Source: Lama guanicoe
Lineage: Eukaryota
DNA: 64,000 nt
Assembly: GCA_013239625.1 (NCBI GenBank)
Contig: MU054187.1
Span: 14,914,974 to 14,978,973 of the forward strand
Reading direction: 5' to 3'
In this document: in pieces, positions 28,163-40,789 of the stretch
How positions within the stretch are numbered: position 1 is the stretch's first letter
How the letters are laid out: each line of letters begins with the position of its first letter
Notes under the pieces: generated by a model
The model's database searches: none
What the model was told of the DNA's origin: nothing
The model's input: only the letters and a program-made list of their open reading frames with translations
Translations under genes and position numbers: made by a program

Positions 28163-28463
28163 GGAGACAGAAACAGACTCAAAGACACAGAATACAAACT
28201 TGTGGTTGCCAAGGGGGAGGAGGGTAGGAAGGGATAGACTGGGAGTTCAAAATCTGTAGAAACTGACAGGCATATGTAGAATAGATAAACAAGATTATAC
28301 TGTATAGCACAGGGAAATATATACAAGATCTTGTGGTAACTCACAGTGAAAAAAAATGTGACAATGAATATATGTATGTTCATGAATAACTGAAAAATTG
28401 TGCTCTACACTGGAATTTGACACAACATTGTAAAATGACTATAACTCAATAAAGTTAAAAAAA
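28163..28463 (+). mobile_element. 5'-truncated L1 (3'UTR) with target-site duplication
   Basis: L1 3'UTR motifs (TATAGCACAGGGAAATATATACAA), AATAAA and A-tail; 12-bp TSD AGAATTAGTTAT at 28151-28162 and 28464-28475, preceded by TT. Confidence 0.92.
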
Positions 28464-28779
28464 AGAATTAGTTATTGAGGGTTTTTAATAAAAATATCTA
28501 CAAAGGACAAAAAGCTAATCTGGGGGTGTTTATTGTCAAAAGTGTGTTTATTGATTCAAAGTGTGTAAGAGACCAAATAGAGTTAAAATTACTTGATTGA
28601 CTATTTAAGTCAAAACAAGTTTTACTAGCACATTTGTAATAAAGCATTCATAATTTAAGAAATTTATCCTCATTAAATGCAAAAGTTAAGAAATATGGTC
28701 AGAAGCCGTGCAGACAACATAAAGTCAGAAGAGGAAGTGAATTACAGAACTAATGGTCTTCAAAACTTTGAAGGAAATT

Positions 28780-28990
28780 ACAGTATGCCAGGTTGTGTGC
28801 TAAGTTCTCTACATGCATTAATTCATTCAGATCTTGTAATAACACATGTGATTAGTACTAGTACTGTATCCATTTTACAGAAGAAGAAAATAAGATTTAA
28901 GACATTTATGTGCCCAAGATCATTTAAGGTGGAAATGGTTGAACTGGGATTTAAACCGAGGCTGCCTGACTCTCCTCATTACCACTCTTT
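28780..28990 (-). mobile_element. MIR SINE
   Basis: ATGCCAGGTTGTGTGCTAAG...CCATTTTACAGAAGAAGAAA...TGCCCAAGATCA...GGGATTTAAACCGAGGCTGCCTGACTC. Confidence 0.8.
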
Positions 28991-29265
28991 ATGAGAGTGA
29001 AGGCAAGACCTTTCAAATGGGGGAAGGAAGCAGGCTGGATGGGGAGCAAGAGGGTGACTTTTATTATTTTTTAGAATAGCTGCACACAGATGATGGTGAT
29101 GCCACTGTCTAGAACTAAAGAAACGAAGAAGAAGAAATTATAGAGGTTGGGAAGATAGATTCATATAGGAAAAGGTGATACAGAAATATGTCCCAGAGAA
29201 GGTGTTCAGTAGGCAGCTGGTAATACAGAGCAAGAACTAAAAATAACTTAGTTGACAAATAAATA

Positions 29266-29581
29266 CAGTTGACCTTGTTATCTGTAGAAGATTGGTTCCA
29301 GGACCGCCTCTTCCAATACCCAAGTCCACGGATGTTCAAGTCCCTGATATAAAATGGCATCGTATTTGCACGTAACCTACGTACCTCCTCCCATACTCTT
29401 TAAATCCTATCTAGATTACTCATAATAACTAACACAATGCAAATGCTATGTAAATAGTTGCCAACATGTGGCAATGTCAAGCTTTGCTTTTTGAAACTTT
29501 TCGGAATTGTTTTTTTCCCAACTATTTTCGATCTGCGGTTGGTTGAATCGGTGGATGTTGAATCCGAGCATGGAGGGGCCC
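29266..29581 (+). mobile_element. MER2-like TcMar-Tigger non-autonomous DNA transposon
   Basis: TA|CAGTTGACC start; GATTGGTTCCAGGACC...CCACGGATGTTCAAGTCCCTGATATAAAATGGC...CTAGATTACT...TTTTCGATCTGCGGTTGGTTGAATC match the recalled MER2 consensus. Confidence 0.85.
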
Positions 29582-29699
29582 CCTTAATCATTGAGTTTCA
29601 ACTCTGACAGCCGTTTTTTTGGTAGCCCCTCCTTTTGAGACTTGAATGCTTCAGGCCATCAGTGGCCCACTCTTTAGGAACCCAGAAACTTGCTCTGTG

Positions 29700-30900
29700 C
29701 TGTCTATTTCAGAAAATCCATCTTCTCTAGGTTACTCCCTTTGTTCATCCAGGACTAATGGCTTATCTGCTTTTTCCCCACCCACTGTCATCTGCTGTTG
29801 TCCCAGGCAGTTCATCCTGGCCTCACAGGCCATTGCCTTTTCTTAAAGTCCTGGCCCTTACTTTGACCCATACAGAGGCCAACTCTGAAAACTGGAACTT
29901 TTCAGTCTCACTTTTTGGCAACACTTGCTAGTCTTTCCCATTCACTAGACAAGCCATCAACTCATCAAAGTCTTCACTCCTTTGATGCCACTCATGTCCT
30001 CCTGGCCCTTCCCTGGTCTAATGCATCCTCTGCACCACATGGTCCTTTCCATACTGACCTCCTCGTTCATCTGCTTGCCCAGTCCCCCGTCCTAAGCCAC
30101 AATTTCTCATCCCCTGCTCCTAAGAAGCTACTTTTGGAGATAATCACATTTGCCAGTTGCCATTGCAAATCATGGATGGAAACCCTCAAGCTAATCCCTC
30201 CACACTGCCCAGCAGATCTCTTCCCAGGCAGCTTCCAGAAGCCTATGACTGTCTCTGAGCCCCTCTCAGCCCCAGTTCTTTCCTACTTGTCTTCTCCCTT
30301 GTGGAGGAAAGGAGCTACCATGGGAGAACACCGCTTCTTTCTTCTCTCCAAAACTTCCCATTGGTTCCCACTTTCTTCCTCTCCCTACCACCTCATCCCA
30401 AAGGAAAAGATGTCTTTTTTCCTCTCCAAGTTCTGAGCCAGTTCCTTCTCTCTTGAATATGTTTTCATTTCTTTTCTTCCACCCAACGGATCTGCTCATG
30501 TGTCCTCCGTGTGAAAGCAGTCCTCATTTCCAGGTCCTGCTTTCACCTCAAGTCTTCTGTCTGTTCTTGGAGCTGCAGAGCCCCAGAAAGAGTGTGTTAC
30601 ATTCACATCTTCCCCCACCACCTCTCATTCTCACACCACTCGGTTTGGGTTCTGTCCTCAACCAGTCTAGTGAAGTTGTTTGTCAACTCCTGGTTGACAG
30701 ATACAGTGGCATCTCTTCAGTTCCTATCCTGCTGGGAGTGGCAGCTGCGAATTTGATACTTGTGAACACTTACACCTCCCTCAGCTTCTGTAAAACCCGC
30801 GTCTCTCGCCTCTCCTCTCCCTCTTCCTCTCCCACCGCTCCAGCTGTCTCATTTCTTACGTATTTTCCTTCTTATACCTTTCTAGGCTCCTCGATTTAGG
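29700..30900 (+). mobile_element. Probable L2 LINE internal remnant
   Basis: Long C/T-rich degenerate stretch with L2-like motifs (TGGCATCTCTTCAGTTCCTATCCTGCT...GCAGCTGCGAATTTGATAC). Confidence 0.5.
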
Positions 30901-31342
30901 CTATCCTTTTGTTCCCAAAACATTGGCTTCATGGTGTCCACAGTTTGTGCTAATTACTGGATACTTGTTGGCTTATTGTATATAACTAGGCAATCCTGCC
31001 CTAGGGGCTGAGCGTCTGATTGAGAATTAGTGTAATTCTGATGTACGAACACCAGCTGAGCCTTATTTAAGTCTCAGGGGCACTTTGATTTCTTTGATTT
31101 CTTCCCGTGACTCGCCTCTTGTGGCTCTCTGCCTCCTGCTGTTAATGGGCAGAGGTCTGCTAGTCTTAGACAGCTTATGTGTCCAATGATGAGGCTCACA
31201 AGGGGTTTCAGGAAAGTTCTAACAATGAAAAAGGGAATGCCACGTAAAAGGGAGACTTAAAAGAGGTAGTAAGACACAGAGTGAATTGCTTTAGGAACTA
31301 GGTCTGCGCATTGAAGACCTCATACCCGAAGCAAACCATAAA

Positions 31343-31376
31343 ATACATGTATGTGTGTGTACATGTATATATATGT

Positions 31377-31417
<41 letters not shown>

Positions 31418-31421
31418 CATG
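31343..31421. repeat. Compound (TG)/(CA)/(TA) microsatellite, uninterrupted purine-pyrimidine alternation
   Basis: 79 nt of strict R/Y alternation, read directly. Confidence 0.95.
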
Positions 31422-32539
31422 ATTACTGGGTTAGGTTTGGAGACAGAAATAAAGCTCAGACCTTGCTTTTAAAGGTATAAAACATATCTAAAGAGGTAGG
31501 AGATAACTTAAAAACAATAAAAGTGCAAGGAAGATGACTACAAGTAGCAAACAAGCACTGAGTGCGATGAGGGTTCAGAGGGCAAGACGGTTCGTGAGCT
31601 GCTGTTGGTTGAAGTGATTCCCAGGAATCGTGGGCACACTATGTAACATCATCGATAAAGTGGAGCAGGCACCCATCCTTCCAGATCTCTCCAAAGGGAT
31701 GATCTTCTCGCATTGAGATGCTGCACGAGAGGGAAGGAGCCAGGGGGATCCATACCTGTGACTGGGAGAGCAGAGGAGACCTTCTGGAAAAGAACAGGTC
31801 CCTGGAATCGGAGGAGACAAGAAGGATGAATCCATCTCTCTCACGCGATGATGAAAATCATACGCTTTATTCTGAAGACATGGCTGAAAGGCAACTCAGA
31901 ATTTGAAGGAACACAAATTGAGAGTGGCAAGGGACTATAGAAACACACTTGAGACTGTTGTTATTAAGATGGTAAAAGCTGTGAAAATTCATGGGATAAC
32001 CCTTTCCTAAAGAGGCTGAATAAAAAGAGGTGGCCAGTGTTGCTGAAAGCACAATTAAAGAGTGAGTGGTTGCTGAATGGCTGATTGCTGAAGTAGAGAA
32101 AAAGATCAATGATTAGGCAGGAAAAACATGTAAATTATAATTGGGGAATGAACAGTTCCAAGAGCTCTGGAATGGGACTGAAACAATGACCAGTAACAGA
32201 AAAGGTTCCCCTCTGAGTGACACTGGGGAATGTTGTGTCCTTGCCAAGTGCTGCAGTCCCACACCACATGTCACCTCAACATGCACACCTCAGGACCTTG
32301 TTGGATTCTTCAGATACTGACTGCATTGCAAATAAAGCTTACATTCCTCTTCCTTTCCTTACACATGCTCTAGAATGTTTGTCATCTTTTGCATTTCACT
32401 TATTACTTTCACATGCAAGCACTTTTTAAAGCTTACTGAGGAGGAACACTCCGTGGCATGGCCCGGGAAGTGCCCTGCTTGGAATTCCCCCAGGGAACCT
32501 GCGGTGAGGAGGGTACTGGGCAGACAGCCTCCAGCTGCT

Positions 32540-33600
32540 GTTACTTCAGATGTGTTGGGGTGCTCACATCAAGGTCATGCCCTGCCCAGGACATCCCCTG
32601 CACCACCCCTCCACCCTGGAGTAAAAGACAAATCACTGCATCCTGTGGCCTCTGATATCAAAGTGAGAAAAGAAAAAGAAGAAAAAAAATCAGAGCACCT
32701 GGTAGGCATCTTGGGTTTTGGAAGCAACACATACCACACTTGGAAACTGCTCCAGCCTATGTGCTGAGTGACATGGAAGGAAGGCTGCTAGCTTTGAGAA
32801 GGTTCAGAGCAAGAAAGAGTTTTGCAGGCAGCCCAGGCTGTGGTGCAAGCAGCCCTGCCTCTTGGGCCACATGATCGGACAGATCCTTTGGTGTTGGTAT
32901 TTGGTGTCAGTGGTGAGAAAAGATATATAGAATGAAGGTTATGGCAAGCCCCAGGGGAAGAGTCCCAGTGCAGATCTACCAGGAGCTGAAGAAGGCCGTA
33001 GCGTCTGCAGAAGAGAATTACAGATCTTTTGGGAAACAGTTCCTGGTAAGTTACTTGACCTTGGCAGAAAAGGAATGCTTGACTGTGGGACACCAAATGA
33101 CCGTTACTTTAGAATTTCCCGTAATGAGCTGGGTCCTGTTGAACCTGCCCAAACCAAGTCAGACAGACCCAGAAGCAGTCTATTGTAAAAGAAGTAAAGC
33201 TGGGCCAAGCTGAGCAGAACCAGAGGACAGAAGCCAGCTGCAAGAGCAGGTTCCCCAGGGCCCCATGTCCCCTAGTGATGCACCAATACCCCTTCCCCAG
33301 CTTCCCTATGGGAATTTTCGGGTTCCTGCAGGGACAATTGACCCACATGAGCAGAAACAGGCTTTTAGACAGCAGGGACAGACAGGAATATGTACAGAAC
33401 CCAGGTGCTTCCTGGTACTCCACTGAAACCCCGGCAGCAACGAATGCACGTGTGTAGCAACGCCGGTCTGAGAATGGCCTGCCTGACCAAGGATTCAGAC
33501 CCTCCACGAAGGAAAGTTTGGGTCACACCACTAGGTGAACCACCAGAACCTGCTACTAGGCTAGCTCAGGGTGAAGGGAACTTAGAATGGACAGAGAGAG
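32540..33600 (+). mobile_element. Degenerate ERV-L (class III ERV) pol remnant: RT thumb/RNase H region
   Basis: Conceptual peptides VKDKSLHPV, HLVGILGFGSNTYH, QAAQAVVQAALPLGPHD and KAVASAEENYRSFGKQFLVSYLTLAEKECLTVGHQMT resemble ERV-L pol (VKDKLLHL, LVGLFGFWRQHIPHL, VQAALPLGPYD, ENYxPFEKQLLACYWAL). Frameshifted. Confidence 0.85.
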
Positions 33601-33719
33601 GAGATGAGAAGCATTGTTGGCCCCCAAACCAACTGCAGAGACAGATCCTATTTGTCTCATGAATTTTCCTTTTCTAGGCTTTCCCTCAAGAAGAGAGACC
33701 CCTGGGAGCTGCTCCCCAA

Positions 33720-34214
33720 GTATGTGTGAAGATGATCTTTGTAACGTAAGGGGAGACTGTGTCGGCCGGGGCTGTGCATGGCTCAGCGATTCCTGCAGGA
33801 GAGCTTGCTTCAAGCAGGCAGACTGGCCACGAGCCTCAGGCTTTGGACGCTGGCAGAGTGGTTTGTGTTGAGGTCTCACTCTCCCTAGACTGTCTCCCAC
33901 CAATGGCTGAGCACCATGGGGCTGTTAGAGCTGGACCATCCCTTCTCAACACAGGCTTCCTGTGACAGGCTCAAATTCTCCCCAGTGACCTGGCTGCAAC
34001 TTTCTTAGGGTTACACTGCAGTCTGAATTTCCCAGTCCTCCTTCCTTCCCTCTTTCCTTTCACAGGTTTCAGACCTTCATTGTGAACCAAAAGCTCTGCC
34101 CACCTACTCCTGCTTCCTTTGGCCTTTATCCCTCACATGTGTTCACCCCAGTAAATCTCTTGTATGTCTAATTCTGTCCTGACATCTGCTTGTTGGAGGC
34201 CCTGAACTGACACA
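33720..34214 (+). mobile_element. LTR16-like ERV-L LTR (3' LTR of the adjacent remnant)
   Basis: Ends CCTTTATCCCTCACA...AGTAAATCTCTTGTATGTCTAATTCTGTCCTGACATCTGCTTGTTGGAGGCCCTGAACTGACACA, a typical LTR16 3' end finishing in CA. Confidence 0.75.
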
Positions 34215-35129
34215 GCCATGGGGCCATGGTCAAAGAGAGATAGAAGTCTGCTTTGAGACTTAATAAAACTGAATTGAAAATCAGATTTTGTGGTCCTTAA
34301 AAAAGAAGGAAGAAGCTCTCTGTGTACTGATCCCCAAGATCCATTAGGTGGGAAAAAAGCAATGTACAGAATAGTGTATGTAATATGCTGAATGTTTCTG
34401 TACTTGTATGTACGTCAAAAACCTGTAAAGATACAAAGGAAAGTAAAGAAGGTTGGGGCAGTAATGCTCACTAAAGAACATTTTGATTTGTTTTTATTTT
34501 GCACCTTGAAATTGTGCTATTAATAATTAAATCTTCAGCATCTTTGCATATTATTACTTAAAAAATCAATCCTTTCTATGTGATAGAATAGAGCTGCCAG
34601 TTGGCATATGATGTAGTAACGTGTAAAGTGGTGCGTGGACCTGATAAACTAAAGGACCCTCAAAACTTAGTCTCCCAAATGGAAAAAGACTGCTTGGGTA
34701 ATCCAGATGGCATGAGTGATTTCTGACTCATCAACTGATTAAATAATACATAGACTGTCTGCCTGAGTGTGACAGAGCGGACGTTTAGAAGCTTCCAGCT
34801 GAGTACTGTTGTGCTGGTCCCGCCAAGTTTGCTGGTCTCAAAGTTTTGCAACTTTTAGAAAGAAGTATGCATCACCATTTCCTCCTTGAATGTTACAGCC
34901 TAGGCTAAATTATGCCTCATTTTGACACCTCAGTCCACATTAAATATTCCTTTAGTATAGATACTCCATCCAAGTGCAGGTAGCAATCCCTTGGCGAGCA
35001 TTTCCAAAAGATATTGGTCCAGCCTCCACCCTCCCCTGGCAAAATCTCTGACAGAGGCCCCATCGCATACCTTCTGAGAGCTTTCCCAGTGATCCTAATG
35101 CATTTCTGATGAAAAATCATCTCTGTAGG

Positions 35130-35275
35130 GCAATTGCCAAAACTCCCCTGTTGACAATCACCAGGGGACACGTTAAATATACGCACGCCCAGGTCTCTTC
35201 CTTGGTGAATTCTGATTCAGCAAGTTTGAGTTGGGGCTCAGAAATCTGTGTTTTTAATAAACATTCTGGGTCTTC
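35130..35275. mobile_element. MER5-like hAT-Charlie MITE remnant
   Basis: AATCACCAGGGGACACGTTAAATATAC...TTCTGATTCAGCAAGTTTGAGTTGGGGCTCAGAAATCTGTGTTTTTAATAA. Confidence 0.65.
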
Positions 35276-36814
35276 AGGGAAACATTACTGTAGTGTCATC
35301 CCCTCCTGTGGGCTCCATTAGATGCCATAAACTGACGAAATAAATCCAAAGGTTCCTGATACTAGTGATCCTAATGTTAGTCCATCTTTCTTGCATAAAT
35401 TCTCTCTCAAAGTGCTTTGGTGATTATAAAAAATATCCTCCTCATCATTTAAAAGGCAAAATTCAAAAGCACTATGTAAGGGCATGCTACCTTAGGATAA
35501 ATGCGCAACAGACAATGAATACTTCCATAAAAGAATAATATGCATAATAGACATAAGAATAATAAAAAATAAAATGCAATAACAGAAGCCATTCATGAGG
35601 TGGACTGGAAACCCAGAACTTAACAAAAGTCTGATAACTCTAGACCAGATCACTTGGCGGACTTGTAAAATCTCCATTCCCCGCCCATTGTCTCTGGAGT
35701 GTGGACTCAGGGAGCTGCGCTGTCTTCAGGGAATACTAGCCTTGAGAGGTCTGTCTCCCTCACTCATCTTGGAGAAGTGGCAGAGCACAGGGCCTGGACT
35801 AAGCCGGGAAGAGACTGGGGTCACTATGCAGCAAGGTACCCCCAGCCCCAGCTCCTGAGGTTTCCAGTAGTTTTGAATTGTAGCCTTGATCCTGCTGGCA
35901 AGTTTTGCATGATCCTGGACTAGCCGAGCACCGTGGTAGCTGGGCACACTGGCCTGCCCCTTGCTCCTGATTAGGGGCACCTGGAACAGCTGGTTTTCCT
36001 GTCCATCACTCCTGGGCATTTAGAGCAGTGTTGAGATAAGAGGGGCTTAGAGTTGAACACACAGCGGGAGAGTGTGTCCAAGTGATCCTGGGGCTCTCTC
36101 TTTCAGATTTTAAAAAATAATGTCAGATAAATGAAAAAAAATACATCTTTCTTTTCTATCTTTATGAGCAAATGGTTCATTGACTGCTGAATCATATATT
36201 TGTTAAGAGCTATTCTGTCCAAGAAGTAACTAAATTTTGTTCAAAAATCTGTAGACTTTAGAGTCACTTTCATATTGATAATGACATATTTTGTCTTTGA
36301 TTAGTGTCTGAGGAAACTATATGCAAGTGCATTTTCATTTCATGATTCTCTTTCATCTCAAAGGCCACATTACTTTTCCTGATGTATCATTCCTTTAGAC
36401 TGTACCAGGTTAATGTAATCCATTAATGAAAAGACTTAAAAATGTTAGGAAAGGACTTTTCCCTCTTTATAGCTATTTCAGTGACATGAATGTAGTCTTC
36501 AGCATTTCCTTTTGTCCTTTTACTGAACATATATACAATGAGTGTCTTCTAACTGGGATGTCCTATAGTGAGTATGAAGTCATGAATGGCCTGCCCTCAA
36601 GGAATGTATAGTCTATTGTGGGGGATAGATATTACATCAATATGTAATTGCAATTTGCTGTGCTATAGAAGAAAAATTAGTGCTATTAATAAAGAATGTC
36701 AAGGGACATTTTCATTTAGATTGCAAGGTCAGGAAAGACCTCCCCATCCATCCATCCATCCATCATTACAGCAGATATTGCTCAGAAGCTTCTCCAACAA
36801 TGTGACATTTTAAA

Positions 36815-37256
36815 AAATTAAACTGTAGTTGATTTTCAATATTATATTAGTTTCAGGTATATAACATAGTGATTCAATATTTTTATAGATTATACATCAT
36901 TCAACATTATTACAAAACAATGGCTATATGTCCCTGTGCTGTTCAATATATCCTTGCGGCTTATTTATTGTATACATAGTAATTTGTATCTCTTAATCTC
37001 ATTCCCCTATCTTGCCCCTCCCCTATTCCCTCTCCGCACTGGTAACCACTAGTTTGTTCTCTATATCTGTGAGTCTGTTTGTGTTTTGTTATTTTAATTC
37101 ATTTGTTTTATTTTTTTAGGTTCCACATATAAGTGATAACATAGTATCTGTGTTTCTCTGTCTGACTTATTTTATACTAAGCATAAACATCTCTAGGTCC
37201 ATCTGTATTGTTGCAAATGGCAGAATTCCACTCTTTTTTATGGCTGAGTAAGATTC

Positions 37257-37300
<44 letters not shown>

Positions 37301-38168
37301 CACTTTCTTTATCCTTTCATCTGTTGATGGACACTTAGGTTTCTTGCTTCCATGTCTTTGCTATTCTAAATAATGCTGCTATGAACACTGGTGCATATAT
37401 CTTTTAGAATTAATGTTCTCATTTTCTTTGGATATATACCTAGGAGTAGAATTGCTGGGTCACATGGTAGTTCTATTTTTAGTTTTTTGAGAAACCTCCA
37501 TACTGTTTTCCATAGTGGCTGCACCAATTTACATTACCATCAACAGTATAGGAGGGTTCTCTTTGGTCAGCAAAATTTATTTGTGGTCTTTTTGTTAATA
37601 GCAATTCTGACAGGTGTGAGGTGGTACCTTATTGTGGTTTTGATTTGCATTTCTCTAGTGATTAGCCATGTTGAGCATCTTTTCACGTGCCTCTTAGCCA
37701 TCTGTATGTCTTCTTTGGAAAAAGGTCTCTTCAAGTCTTCTACCCACTTTGTTCTCTTCTAGAAGTTTTATGGTTGCAGGTCTTACATTTAGGTATTTAA
37801 CCCATTTTGAGTTTATTTTTATAAATGGTGTGAGGAAATGTTCTAATCTCATTCTTCTACATGAAGCTGTCCAGTTTTCACAGTGTCACTAATTTGAGAC
37901 TGTCTTTTCTCCATTGTATATTCTTGCCTCCTTTGTCATAGAATAATTGACCATAGGTGTGTGGGTTTCTCTCTGGCTCTCTATTCTCTTGCATTGATCT
38001 ATGTGTCTGTTTTTGTGCCAGTACCATGCTGTTTTAATTACTGTAGCTTTGGCATATAGTCTGAAGCCAGGGAGAGTGAGAGGTCCAGGTTTGCTCTTTT
38101 TTCTCAGGATTGCTTTGGCAATTTGGAGTCTTTCATGGTTCCGTACAAATTTTAGAATTATTTCCATA
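36815..38168 (-). mobile_element. 5'-truncated L1 (ORF2 C-terminal remnant and 3'UTR) with internal deletion
   Basis: ORF 37889-38167 ([21 protein letters not shown]...[21 protein letters not shown]) is L1 ORF2; 3'UTR motifs lie at 36820-37250. Confidence 0.93.
37259..37296. repeat. (GT)19 microsatellite inside the L1
   Basis: Read directly. Confidence 0.97.
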
Positions 38169-40389
38169 AAAATTTAAGCTAAGTTCTTAAGGATGAGTAG
38201 TAGCTGGTCTGGACTATAAGTAGGAGATCAGCTGGAGAGGAGGGAACAACTCTGAGGTACAAAGAGCTTGGCACATAGAAGTAACTGTAAACAGGACACT
38301 GTGCTTGGATTCATCGAACAAGGAGGAGGATTTTGGTAAGAGCTGATCGGCAGGGAGAGAGGCAGGCACCAGGGCCTGGTTGTGATCTTATTCTAAGAGC
38401 TCAGTAAGAAAGGCTGACTGTCCAATCACTTCCCCCATAGCTGGGGGTGGGGCAGAGAAAGGAAAAGAGGAAGAAGGGCAGCACAGGAAAGAAACTACGA
38501 AAAAGGTGTTAAAGACCAGCCCGTCCTTCCTGACTCGAATACATACCCTGAAGCAAGATGCAACACCCCCCCCCAAGCCCCGCTACAAAACAGTGTTTTT
38601 CAAACTAGAGAAATGCACAAATAGTATTTGAAGGAAAACAAAAATTTATTCAGACCTCTTGCCCACGGTGGTTTCAATAATTTCATTTCTCTTTAAGTAT
38701 ACAACTGTTGTATATGTATGTACCTATATACATAAGCCCTAAGGTAAGGCATACCTCTGCACGCTTGTAGTTTATTTACAATATAAAACCCAAAACTTTA
38801 ATAATTGGAAACAAGTAATTTTGAAATTAACAAGCTGCATTTAATGTGACAGATGATGAAATAAAAATCACTGCCTGCATTTTTTAAAGTTACAGCACTA
38901 CACTGTCCACAGAGGCACAGCTTCTCCCGATTCGGCACATGCGTCCTGCTTCATGCTGTTGAGGACGCCTCTGTGGGATTTCATAGGAAGTCTTTCTTTG
39001 TGTGGAGTACAAAGAAGTGTGCGAGCATATCACTGGGCTGTTGCTTGGTGAATGTACATCATTTACATATTCGGTCTGCCTCTCTTCTCATTAGTCAGAA
39101 ACAATGAAAGTAGAAAGACTCAGTGGCAAAGTCTGCCTAAACATAAACACAAGATGAGCCACTAAAACAAAGCAACAGTCTGCAGAGATGAAAAATCCAG
39201 AGAAAATTACCAGACCCCTTAGAGTACATGGGTGAACTCCCTTAGGTGTGAGGACTTTTGTTTGGGAAACAGTTCTAAATGCGGAGAGTGGATTATTCCC
39301 AGAGACTTCCTAGAGGAAAAAAGGGAAATGTTCCTTCTCACACAGAGCCATGGAGACAGGATAAATTGTTCCTTCCAACATTCTAAAAAGGGATCGCTGG
39401 AATCCAAGGTTCGGTAGGGTCAAGAGAGAGCAGTAAGATTTGAGTGTAAGGAGAGACCAACTTGGGTGTGGTCACAAGTCCCTGTGGTTCCTACTTAGGG
39501 TACTCAGGACAGACAAGATTAGAAAGAGGCGACTGAGATGTCCCTGCTTTCCTGGCCAGTTGGCTGAAAAAGGCTTACAGCACTAGCCTCCCAAGTCAGG
39601 TGCGCAAACCTATCCATTGGAGTCTGGGAAGAAAATATTAAGAGCCCTGGGAAATGTGAGCCTCACTCTCAGGCGTATGGAGAGCAGCTCTCAAAGAAAT
39701 TTGAGTGGTGGCTCTATCAAACTGAGAGCTCTCAACAGTTTGTTTGATTTATTAAATGCAAAGAGTAGCCAGTAAAAGAAACGTGTATTTTCTGATAAGG
39801 TAGAAAATGGCACAGTCTACAATTGTTAAGTTGATCAGGTTGATTTGCATATAAAGTTAAGTTTTACTGTTCCAAGGTGTCACAAGTCTTCCATCCATCA
39901 ATAAAGTCCATTACTTCAGGGAGAGGGGTGGGCAAGGTACAAACGACTAAACTTGAGACTTTCGGCTTGAAAACAAGTTTTAACTTTAGAAGAAAAGATA
40001 TACGAGATGCGAAGGCCAATATTTGTAAGATTCAGGTTTTGCTAAGAGAAAGAAATGATTTGTGGGGTTCCCGAAAAGCATCAGCTGGAGACTTGGACAC
40101 AGGGGTCTTACTGTGGAAGATGGATTCGAGAGGATGTAGGAAATTGTACTAGCAGTCTGAAGAGATCTGGGAGAGGATGAGTGGGAACAAAAATTCCCCG
40201 ACGTATTCCTAGGTATACAGAGAATCTGAGGGCAGAAGGGTTGCACAGTCTACTCCCCTCCTGGACATCTGGGAAGAGGGGTGGCAGCGCCTCATCCAAT
40301 AGTTGGAACCAACACAGGACAGCCATGTTAGGACAGAGGGGATGGGGTGGGGACTGAGGCAGACAGCCTGAGATGGCTGGGCAGTGGAC

Positions 40390-40789
40390 CTGAAGCACTG
40401 CCTGGATCCCCCTCCTGGACCAGGAACTTGTCCTAGCTGCTGTGAGTGCTGCCAGCTGACGCCTTGAGGCTGAGTCCTTCTCCAAGTACTGCCCTGAGCC
40501 AAGGAAGGCCTCCTAGCCCAAGGTTGTGTGAAGTCCTGGGGCAGCACATGTCCAGTGATGGGTCCTTTCTAGGGAATATAAAAGTGCCTCAACTGGAACA
40601 ATTCTAAAATGCACCCCCAAACCCACCCCACCCAGTCAGCTTCTCTGCAACTGCCTGGCTGTTCTAACTTCTCTCTGCTCAACCCAGCTTCCCTCACTTC
40701 TTTACAAGCATTGTTCAGGAGAGCATTTGTCAATAAACCTTTTATAGGTAAATCTCAAAGTCTGTTTCCTGGGGAACACTAGCTGCAAC
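40390..40789 (+). mobile_element. Solo LTR16-like ERV-L LTR
   Basis: TATAAAA near 40578, AATAAA near 40732, and 3' end AAATCTCAAAGTCTGTTTCCTGGGGAACACTAGCTGCAACA. Confidence 0.7.

Noticed and set aside
29915..30899. 173-aa and 148-aa plus-strand ORFs
   Set aside because: Ser/Leu/Pro-rich translations of a pyrimidine-rich, probably L2-derived stretch.
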